DNA of 64,000 bases. It comes from Candidatus Thorarchaeota archaeon (lineage in GTDB: Archaea > Asgardarchaeota > Thorarchaeia > Thorarchaeales > Thorarchaeaceae). The stretch lies in contig PRDH01000044.1 in assembly GCA_003345545.1 (NCBI GenBank), positions 125,793-189,792 on the forward strand, in the 5' to 3' direction. A program made the position numbers and the translations under genes. Positions 56,171 to 64,000 of the stretch are shown here, in pieces; position 1 is the stretch's first letter, and each line of letters starts with the position of its first letter. The notes under the pieces are model-generated. The model did not search any database. It was given only the letters and a program-made list of their open reading frames with translations, and had not been told where the DNA came from.

Positions 56171-59086
56171 TCACATGTTTCTCAATACTTCGGCAGGATT
56201 TGTGTTCGCTGCTCTACGAGCTGGATAATAGCACGCCGCTATCATCACTGTACACTCCAATAGGATTGTGAATAGCATAACAAGAAGTGGATACGTCAAC
56301 GCCTTTGGCAGAATAGGCCAGACTGAAGATATCCCAAAGGTGAGTAGTGTCTGTGTGTAGCCGAATAGGACACCCAGGCCAAGACTAATCAGAACTGCCG
56401 CAAGAACGCTCCCTGCGAACTCGCCGAACACAAGACTGATGATTTGTCGTTTCGTACCACCGATCGCACGAAAGAGCGCATACTCGGGTTCGCGTTCCAG
56501 CACAGCAGAACCCAAGAATAGTGCTATTGATGAGATACCCATTGCGGCACACATGATGAAGCTGATCATTGTCAGTCCTTCCAAGCCAGCCACGAACAAC
56601 CCTGTGACAGTATCAGGGCCAAACTCAATTGTTCCTGCTGTGTAGACAGTGGTGTACTGCAGGGATTCAAGGTGTGCGATCAGTTCTACAACATCGTCGA
56701 GTGAGGATGCACCCACAAAGAAGGTCCCAGTGGTCGTGGCGCTGGTTTCATATGCGAGATCTTGGAGATTGACTAGTGCAAATCCGCCGAGACCCGGCTG
56801 GAACCCAAAGAATGCGCCAAAGGGGATGCCCTCAAGGTCCCTTGTTGATGCCATTCCAAAGCCAGGTGCACTGATCATCATTCCTACCACTTGAAAGTTC
56901 ACTATCTTATGACTCGTTGTTGTTGTCACATCGATGGACAGAGTGGCTCCCACTGTGAGGTTCCAAGCCGTGGCATAGTCCTCGCTTATGATGATGCCAT
57001 TTTCCGTGTTGTCGAGGGCCGTAAGAATGATATCAGAGCTGCTCCCGACGAAACTCGTGGATTTGAAATTCCCTATGTCCCTGTAGTGCGCCGCATCAAT
57101 TCCTTCTAGATAGAATCCTTCTTCGCCAACATGGGACAAAGCCTCAATCACAGGGGTCCCACCATCAGCCTCGGAGTATCCTGGAAGACCGTCAAGCCAG
57201 TCGAGAGAGTTGCGAGTAGTTTCGATTCTCAATGTTGACCCAACCGCATAGTCTGCCTCGTTCGCGAGCGTGTCTTCGAAACTTGCAGTCTGAATCAGCA
57301 TCATCGTGGTTGTCGTCAGAGTCAGTGTCAAAATCACAAGAAGCGGGATGAACTGCCCTTTACGTCTGCGCAGACTCTGAGTGAGATAGAGCCTCTTCTC
57401 ACCCATGATTCGAGCCACTCTTTCTGATGCCTCCGCTGTGATCAGTCTCATCGCCCGTGAACCCAAGTATGCTGCTGCAAACAGGAGAAACGTCGATATC
57501 AGAATCTCAAGGATGGCAGTCTGACCTGTCGGATTGAGCAGAATTGGCATCACGAGCAGCATGACGAGCGCCGCACCCAATCCAATAGCGTAGTGCGAGA
57601 AGCGAACGGTCTCAGGAACCTCATAGGTCAATCGAGTCGTGGGCTGTCCAATCTCAGTGACATCAATCCGTCTTGAAACATGGAATAGGTATGTTGCAGG
57701 AAGGAAAAGTGCGATGATTGTAGCAAGAATCAACGCATGTGATGGGATTGCAAGTTCATTCAGGAACACATAGTAGCTGGGGAGATCAAAAGACAGGAGC
57801 CCCGTTGAGGACCCCATGAGTGGTGCCATCAGAGAAGTGAAGCCTAGCCCGATGAGCAAGCCGGTGGCGGCAAGGATTAGAGACTCCCAGATGAGTGTGC
57901 CGAAAACTTGATTGAAGGAGGCACCCTTGGACCGAAGGGCACTGATTTCGCCCTTCTTCTGTGAAATCGAGGTTTCTGAGGTGAAGATGGTCAACATCAG
58001 GCTCATGACCATGATTGGCAGAGCTAGGAGAATCAAGACCTGACTTGCCACATATGTGTCGATGTGGGTCTGAAGAATCTTGATGTTGTTCAGACCCCGA
58101 ACAGAGAGAGTCTCATCGCTCTCCTCTATTTGTGTTTTCAGTGCCAGCATGTTCACTGCTGCCTCAGTTGGTCCAGCTGCAATGAGGCCATCTGCCGACC
58201 CCCTTACAAAACCCACCGGCGAGAAGAAACCATTGTAAGTAATCATCTCAACCGATTCATCGCCAATCTCGTCAGCCAACATGAGAACTGAATCACTGAT
58301 TCCCATGACACTCTCCGTGGGGCCAAATGAGTCCCAGTTTTTACGGGATACATCAGAAAATGAAATGCTCACTGTTGAAGACTGAAGAACCTCATAGATT
58401 CCAGCAACCGTCAGATTCCGCACTACCTGCCGGTGCAGAAGCAGAGGGTCAAACGGATGACTCTGGGAGGGCGCATAGTTGGTACGGAGCACGTCGATGC
58501 CAATTTCAGATCCGATTTGGATATTGACATTGTTGTTAGTGACCTCCTGAGCAGTTTCCACGAATCTGCGAGAGACCAATATCTCTCCGGGGCTGAGCGA
58601 GAAATTGCCTTCCCAATCAAGCTCCTTAGACCAAACCGCAAGAATCTCAGGGGTCACAATAATGACTCTTCCATCTTTGATTCCATGTGCATAGTTGACA
58701 TCTGTTGTGTAGTAAGACTCCCATTCGGTGGTAATCCCGTCAACTCTAAGGATGCCCACGGTAGTAGGGGTAATATGAGCGTACTCGGCAAACGGGCTCT
58801 TCAGAATTAGCTCTTGGGCATCAAAGAGCCGAGTATAGACGGGAGCCTCTGGTTCGTTTTGAACGCTGAACTGGTAGGCATTATCATCAAAATACTCCCT
58901 AATGGCGAGCCTCGTACCGGTGTTGGTCCATGTGAAGACTGTGGTCGGAAGTGCTATACTGATTGCGAGGACGAACGCAATTCCCATGTTCCGTGTTCTA
59001 CTATTCTTCAGAGAGGTGAACGCATAACCCAATGACCACAGACGATTACCTCGCAGCAGTCTTGGGTTGTTGCTTTTCTCGGACAT
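56171..59086 (-). CDS. FtsX/MacB-like ABC permease with two extracytoplasmic domains
   Basis: EISALRSKGAS..QV and ERE.EYALFRAIGG..RQI motifs, ending in PAEVLR. Confidence 0.88.
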   Translation of the reverse strand: MSEKSNNPRLLRGNRLWSLGYAFTSLKNSRTRNMGIAFVLAISIALPTTVFTWTNTGTRLAIREYFDDNAYQFSVQNEPEAPVYTRLFDAQELILKSPFAEYAHITPTTVGILRVDGITTEWESYYTTDVNYAHGIKDGRVIIVTPEILAVWSKELDWEGNFSLSPGEILVSRRFVETAQEVTNNNVNIQIGSEIGIDVLRTNYAPSQSHPFDPLLLHRQVVRNLTVAGIYEVLQSSTVSISFSDVSRKNWDSFGPTESVMGISDSVLMLADEIGDESVEMITYNGFFSPVGFVRGSADGLIAAGPTEAAVNMLALKTQIEESDETLSVRGLNNIKILQTHIDTYVASQVLILLALPIMVMSLMLTIFTSETSISQKKGEISALRSKGASFNQVFGTLIWESLILAATGLLIGLGFTSLMAPLMGSSTGLLSFDLPSYYVFLNELAIPSHALILATIIALFLPATYLFHVSRRIDVTEIGQPTTRLTYEVPETVRFSHYAIGLGAALVMLLVMPILLNPTGQTAILEILISTFLLFAAAYLGSRAMRLITAEASERVARIMGEKRLYLTQSLRRRKGQFIPLLVILTLTLTTTTMMLIQTASFEDTLANEADYAVGSTLRIETTRNSLDWLDGLPGYSEADGGTPVIEALSHVGEEGFYLEGIDAAHYRDIGNFKSTSFVGSSSDIILTALDNTENGIIISEDYATAWNLTVGATLSIDVTTTTSHKIVNFQVVGMMISAPGFGMASTRDLEGIPFGAFFGFQPGLGGFALVNLQDLAYETSATTTGTFFVGASSLDDVVELIAHLESLQYTTVYTAGTIEFGPDTVTGLFVAGLEGLTMISFIMCAAMGISSIALFLGSAVLEREPEYALFRAIGGTKRQIISLVFGEFAGSVLAAVLISLGLGVLFGYTQTLLTFGISSVWPILPKALTYPLLVMLFTILLECTVMIAACYYPARRAANTNPAEVLRNM

Positions 59087-59095
59087 CTTTTCACC

Positions 59096-61996
59096 TCACA
59101 TATTTCGTAGTACGACAGCTGGCTCAGTTCTAGATGCTTCCCGAGCTGGCAGAAAGGCTCCAATCACCATGGTCACAATCTCGAGGAATAGCACGATCGA
59201 TAGGAATTGTAGTGGAAACGAGACTGTAGTGGCAAGGGTTCTTGAGAACGGACTCATGTTGTTAAGCAGGATTCCCATGACATAGGCGAAGACCGCACCA
59301 AGAAGCAGACTGAGAACAAGAGAAGCGATGACGACGCCTGTAAACTCGGAGAAGACCATTACTACAACCTGTCTACGTGAACCTCCAATTGCTCGGATTA
59401 CAGCATATTCCTTCCTACGTTCTCTCACCACCGAACCCAGAGAAACTGATAATGCGAATATGCTGAGGATGAGGGACATCACGAATCCAATCGAGAACAG
59501 ACCTTCCACCGTGTTCAGGAATAGAGCAGTACTGAGAGACCGGCTTTTGAGGTCGAATTCTTGAGGAGTGTTCGGATAGACTCCCGGTAGCAGCCGCAGT
59601 TCAGTGGTCAGAAGTGTACGATTGACATCATCCTGAAGGTCTACAAGAAACAGGTCTGTTGTGTGACTATCGATTTCGGTTTCGATGTAGCCCAGATTGG
59701 CTACTGCAAACCCAGCATATTTCGCCTGATAGCCAAATCCAGCTCCAAGAGAGGATGGTGGTATGTCCGTGACCGATGCATATCCAAATCCAGGTGCGCT
59801 GTAGACTATTCCAACGACGATGAACTCGACAATCTGTGTTGCTCCAGGACCACTCATCTCAAGATTCAGAGTGTCTCCTTCAGTCTTGTTCCACATCGTT
59901 GCATAATACTTGCTGATGATGATACCATTGGGTACTGCAGCCAATGTTGAGAGGACCTCTGATGGTTCCTCGCCGTAAAAACTCGATTGATCAAAGTCGC
60001 CTATCAGAGCATACTGCTCTGGGTATAGAGCCTCAATTGTGAATAAGTCGGGGCCCAATCGTGCCCAAGTTCTCAGGACAGGCATAGCGCTCTCTATCCC
60101 GCTGTAATTGCCGAGTGTGTTATTGAAGCCGAACTCTCTGATTGTACAGTCTATGCGCAGGTCTGCACCGACTGCATATTCGACCTCTCTTGTCAGGTCC
60201 ACGCGAAGGCTTTCCGACTGGACTGCAAATGCAATTGTTGTAGACATCGTGAGAGCGAGAACTACCATCAGTGGTATGATTCGTCCCTTTCTCATCTTGA
60301 GGTAGCCTGCTGAGATGAGGTTCTTTTGTCCCAATAGGAAGGATAGTCTCTCAGAGACCTTGGCAAGCCCGACTCTTGAAACCTTGGAACCATTGTATGC
60401 TATGAAGAACCAAGCCGCAGTCCCGAGAGCAAGTTCCATCATGAAGAAGATAGGACTCCTAGGCAGAATCAGCATCATCACGATGGCGATAATCAGGAGG
60501 ACAATGGACGCTCCAATTGTGAATCCGTGAGACTCTGTCTGTTCAGCGGAGTCTGCTGTTGCTTCCATGAGTGTAAGTCCAATCTCTGCCTGAGCATCTC
60601 TTCGGGCACGATAGAGAATGAATAACATGCTCGGCAGAACTGTCAGACCGACTGCTCGTAGAATCGTACCCGATGTCAATACAGTATTGGAGAGATAGTA
60701 GGCATAGACACTCCAATCGAAAGTCATGAAATTGATAGAGGCAGGAATCAGCGGGGCAAACAGAATACTAAACACTACACCCATAAAGACAGCAATAGAT
60801 GAAATGAACAAGGTTTCCCAGAGGAATACTGAGGACACTTGAGAATAACTGGCACCCTTTGAACGGATAATTCCAATCTCTACAGTCCTCGGTGCCATAA
60901 AGGTGTCAGCCGCAAAGACCGAGAAGAAGAGGGCAAGAAGTATGACAGGGAGCGCAAGGATGGAGAGCGAGAGAGTCGACACATAGGTATTGACTGAACT
61001 CTGCATCTCGTTAATCTTATCAGAGCCAAGCCAACTGACGCGAAATCTCTCTTCAGTGCGGTATATCATGCCGAATAGATTCATTGCCACATTCTCAGGG
61101 CCGGCAGCCGCTAGGGCCGTTGCAGACACACGAACGAGAGTTGATGACTCAAAGAATCCGTTCTCCGAGAGTATGTCAGGGGAAATAGAGTCCTTCAGGA
61201 TGAAGACACTATCCCGGATGCCCAGAACAGGGTATCGCATGTTGGTGATATTCAGGTTCTCTCGGTATATGGAAGGCATTGCTTGCTCGAGCATAGAATT
61301 GCCTGTTGTTGGATCGTAGATGCCAACAATCGTCAATGAGGTCAGACTGACTCTGCCAAGGGTTCCAATCTGTACTGGTATGGCTGTTCCCTCACCCGTG
61401 AGGAGTTCAATATCAATCTCATCTCCGAGTTCGAGATTGGTCTTGAAGACATAATCAACATAGGAGATGAACTGGGATGAAACAAGTATCTCACCAGCCT
61501 GTAGCTCGGATAAGCCCTGATACAGGAACTCATTGGCAGTCAGAGCGAGAAAATCATTGTCCACAAAAACGACTCTGGTATCCTTTAGTCCCTCCGTATA
61601 GACCGAACCATCAAAATCATACAGAGTTGTATTCGGCAGCTCTGTCCCCCAGACCAGGCCAATCGTGGAGTTCAAACGGTAAGTGCTCTCAACAAAAGGG
61701 TCCTGCATCATATAGGACTGGGCCAACACAAGATCTTCAGGATAACCGGCCTCTGCGCTCACATCAAGCTGGTATGAGTTTGCCTCAAGGTACTCATAGA
61801 TGCTCACGTATACCCCCGTGTCTCCCCACACCATTGTCGAAGCAAAGAGGCTGATACCTAGACTGAGTGTCAGCGCCAGACTGACTGCCCTGAAGGGATT
61901 CGCACGAATCGTACTGAGTGCATAAGACAGTCCATACCTGGTATTTCCCTTGGACTTCAGTCCTGTTGATCTCCTTGTTGCAGCCAATAGTATCAC
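59096..61996 (-). CDS. FtsX/MacB-like ABC permease, paralog of the neighbouring gene
   Basis: EIGIIRSKGAS..QV and ERRKEYAVIRAIGGSRRQV, ending in PAVVLRNM. Confidence 0.88.
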   Translation of the reverse strand: MILLAATRRSTGLKSKGNTRYGLSYALSTIRANPFRAVSLALTLSLGISLFASTMVWGDTGVYVSIYEYLEANSYQLDVSAEAGYPEDLVLAQSYMMQDPFVESTYRLNSTIGLVWGTELPNTTLYDFDGSVYTEGLKDTRVVFVDNDFLALTANEFLYQGLSELQAGEILVSSQFISYVDYVFKTNLELGDEIDIELLTGEGTAIPVQIGTLGRVSLTSLTIVGIYDPTTGNSMLEQAMPSIYRENLNITNMRYPVLGIRDSVFILKDSISPDILSENGFFESSTLVRVSATALAAAGPENVAMNLFGMIYRTEERFRVSWLGSDKINEMQSSVNTYVSTLSLSILALPVILLALFFSVFAADTFMAPRTVEIGIIRSKGASYSQVSSVFLWETLFISSIAVFMGVVFSILFAPLIPASINFMTFDWSVYAYYLSNTVLTSGTILRAVGLTVLPSMLFILYRARRDAQAEIGLTLMEATADSAEQTESHGFTIGASIVLLIIAIVMMLILPRSPIFFMMELALGTAAWFFIAYNGSKVSRVGLAKVSERLSFLLGQKNLISAGYLKMRKGRIIPLMVVLALTMSTTIAFAVQSESLRVDLTREVEYAVGADLRIDCTIREFGFNNTLGNYSGIESAMPVLRTWARLGPDLFTIEALYPEQYALIGDFDQSSFYGEEPSEVLSTLAAVPNGIIISKYYATMWNKTEGDTLNLEMSGPGATQIVEFIVVGIVYSAPGFGYASVTDIPPSSLGAGFGYQAKYAGFAVANLGYIETEIDSHTTDLFLVDLQDDVNRTLLTTELRLLPGVYPNTPQEFDLKSRSLSTALFLNTVEGLFSIGFVMSLILSIFALSVSLGSVVRERRKEYAVIRAIGGSRRQVVVMVFSEFTGVVIASLVLSLLLGAVFAYVMGILLNNMSPFSRTLATTVSFPLQFLSIVLFLEIVTMVIGAFLPAREASRTEPAVVLRNM

Positions 61997-61998
61997 TC

Positions 61999-62775
61999 CT
62001 ACGAAACCCTTTCTCTACTGTCTGACTTCTTGTACTCCTTCTTCGTTGCTACATCGACTCTGCTGGTCTTGAAGAAGTCACCAACAAGTTCGTCTACAAG
62101 AACACCGTCACGTAGGAGAAGAATTCTATCTGCCATGCGAGCAGTCTCAGGATCGTGGGTTGCAGCGATGACTGCGCGATTCTGATTCTTTGCAAGGTCT
62201 CTCATCAGTTGAATGATCTCACCGCCAGTCCTGTGGTCAAGATCCCCCGTGGGTTCATCACAAAGCAGAACAGCAGGATTATTGGCCAGAGCTCTTGCCA
62301 GAGCCACCCGAGAACGCATACCACCCGACAACTCATGGGGCATATGTTGGAAACGGTGACTAACTAGGACTGACTCCAGGAGTTTCATTGCCCTCTCTCT
62401 GCGTTCCTCAGCGGGAATATCATCGAGAAGCATTGGAACCTCAACATTCTCAAGTGCTGTGAAAATGGGTAGCAGATGTTGATCTTGAAAGAGAACACCA
62501 ATCTTGTGCCGTCGTACTTCTGACATGGCATCGTCATCGAGCTTGGTGATGTCTTGTCCATCGACAATAATGGATCCAGAAGTGGGAGTATCAAGACCAC
62601 CAATCAAGTTCAGGAGAGTTGTCTTCCCAGAGCCACTCGCACCTACGATTGCGACAAACTCCCCGCGGTTCACAGTGAGGTTAGTCCCCTGAAGGACTCT
62701 GATGACCCGCGAGCCATCCTGGAACTCCTTACGTACATCGATGCATTCTACGGCGGCTTGCTTCTCGATGGCCAT
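61999..62775 (-). CDS. ABC ATPase (LolD-like)
   Basis: GASGSGKT, LSGGM and CDEPTGDLD. Start placed at MAIEK. Confidence 0.9.
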   Translation of the reverse strand: MAIEKQAAVECIDVRKEFQDGSRVIRVLQGTNLTVNRGEFVAIVGASGSGKTTLLNLIGGLDTPTSGSIIVDGQDITKLDDDAMSEVRRHKIGVLFQDQHLLPIFTALENVEVPMLLDDIPAEERRERAMKLLESVLVSHRFQHMPHELSGGMRSRVALARALANNPAVLLCDEPTGDLDHRTGGEIIQLMRDLAKNQNRAVIAATHDPETARMADRILLLRDGVLVDELVGDFFKTSRVDVATKKEYKKSDSRERVS

Positions 62776-62908
62776 GAGTGATTCACTGGCCTCTCGAAGA
62801 ATTGCACTCCGTTTTAAGGAAACTGCTTTGAGCACTTCATTCACAGTCATCAACAGGCAATCCCGAACGAAACGCCCATATGCACTATCAACACCTCTCA
62901 GAGATGCC

Positions 62909-63406
62909 ATGCGAGCCTTTGCAGTGTCCGGATATTCAGGAACAGGAAAGACCACACTAGTGGAACAGATTGTTAAGCGACTGGTCAAGCAAGGGCATGT
63001 CGTGGTGACAGCAAAGAGTTCCATGCATGAGATTCATGATACAGAGGGCACAGACTCCTGGAGGCATAAGCGAGCAGGCGCGGCAGTCACGGTCATTCTT
63101 GGCCCCCACAGCTCGGCCGTCACACACAATGATAGAAAGAGCCTGCGTGAATTACTCTCTGGAGTCACAGCAGACTTCCTTATTATTGAGGGACTGAAGG
63201 AGATTGAAGTACCAAAGCTCTGGTGCGTTGGCAATGCGGAGAGTGAAGTCGGCAAATTACCTGAATCTGTGAAAGCGGTAGTCACTTGGTCTTCGAACAC
63301 ATTCGAGAGCGACCAACGTATTCCAGTCGTATCATCAAGTGAGATTGAAAAGATTGTCGAACTCATCAGACAAGAGGCAGTCGATCTCGAGTCATTGACT
63401 GTCTAG
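62909..63406 (+). CDS. mobB: Molybdopterin-guanine dinucleotide biosynthesis protein B
   Basis: AVSGYSGTGKTT, GTDSWRH..AGA and IIEGLK. Confidence 0.88.
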   Translation: MRAFAVSGYSGTGKTTLVEQIVKRLVKQGHVVVTAKSSMHEIHDTEGTDSWRHKRAGAAVTVILGPHSSAVTHNDRKSLRELLSGVTADFLIIEGLKEIEVPKLWCVGNAESEVGKLPESVKAVVTWSSNTFESDQRIPVVSSSEIEKIVELIRQEAVDLESLTV

Positions 63407-63626
63407 TGACTGATGAAGGTGCGGCTCAGATACCCCTAAGGTCGATCATGTGTTCACAATCTCGCAAATAAGGAGCTCATCACTGCCGCCATCATACTAC
63501 TGATGACTTTCAGGTATTAGTGTTGCTCTTTAGCCATATGGGCAGAGGATGCGCATATGCTGAGCATCTCTTGTTGGCTTGGTCGGAGGACAATCCTCAT
63601 TTCAATGGGAAACAGGATAAGTACTG

Positions 63627-64000
63627 ATGAAACACCTCAAACTTGAACGATTCAATCTGGTCGACACCGTCGAATGCGGACAGACATTTACCTGGGTGCG
63701 AGAGGGTGAGGGATATATCAATGCTGACCTCGGACAGGCAGTGTACGTCGAGCAGAGAGGAAACGCTTTGTTCTACGAGACTTCGTCGTCAGACGCTGTT
63801 CCGCTGAGGAGTGTTTTCCGTCTCGAGGACCCACTCGACGAAATTCAGAGGAGTATCACGCAGGACGGTATCATGCAGCAGAGCATCGCTTTCGCACCAG
63901 ACCTCAGAATAATCCATGATCCCTTCTTTCCCTGCCTCATCTCGTTCATGTGCTCGACGTGTAAGAATATCCCGGCAATCCATAGAATGATGAGCAATAT
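63627..64000 (+). CDS. ogg: 8-oxoguanine DNA glycosylase (OGG1-type), N-terminal part, runs off the window
   Basis: Translated by hand: MKHLKLERFNLVDTVECGQTFTW ... LRIIHDPFFPCLISFMCS..KNIPAI, which are the OGG_N GQxFxW and LRxxxxxxxExLxSFIxS motifs. Confidence 0.85.
   Translation, partial: MKHLKLERFNLVDTVECGQTFTWVREGEGYINADLGQAVYVEQRGNALFYETSSSDAVPLRSVFRLEDPLDEIQRSITQDGIMQQSIAFAPDLRIIHDPFFPCLISFMCSTCKNIPAIHRMMSN

Noticed and set aside
26300-63570. Recurring TGAGCATAT/ATATGCTCA motif in intergenic regions (about 26305, 36044, 42773, 45968, 46960, 63555)
   Set aside because: It is short, often overlaps the probable TATA box and precedes unrelated genes. It cannot be separated from core promoter bias without a statistical test.
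63407-63626. Possible small gene or RNA between mobB and ogg
   Set aside because: The longest open frame lacks a convincing start and no extended stem was found.
1-64000. CRISPR array, rRNA, IS elements or provirus
   Set aside because: No regularly spaced repeats, rRNA-like tracts, or transposase, integrase or capsid motifs were seen; the window is densely filled with cellular genes.

Overview
Gene-dense archaeal chromosomal segment, almost certainly from an Asgard archaeon. A Thorarchaeia-like origin is an inference from gene content, not tested. The left edge carries the end of an ESCRT locus: the Vps4 C-terminus, Vps25, and a convergent gene that appears to fuse a Vps28-like N-terminal helical region (ESCRT-I) to EAP30/Vps22-36 tandem winged helices (ESCRT-II). 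Other eukaryote-like candidates are an IFT52/GIFT-domain protein with a coiled coil and a steadiness-box-like tail, a cytosolic protein starting with a mu-adaptin homology (MHD)-like domain, and two tandem GT-C (PIG-M/GT87-like) glycosyltransferases. Housekeeping content includes non-discriminating AspRS, PolB1-type polymerase, a nurA-herA-mre11-rad50 operon, archaeosine genes (ArcS, RaSEA), an Hrq1/MrfA helicase, two thioredoxins, two nearly identical tRNA-Arg genes, tpiA, FBP aldolase/phosphatase, class I aldolase, uridine phosphorylase, ABCE1, a four-gene FtsX/MacB-type ABC system, MobB and an OGG1-like glycosylase truncated at the right edge. Two intergenic regions (about 5370-5525 and 35430-35600) fold by eye into extensive RNA structures behind TATA boxes. 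At least four metalloenzyme-fold genes have lost their metal ligands. No CRISPR array, rRNA, transposase or integrase was seen. All family calls come from motif recognition by eye; no database search was run.
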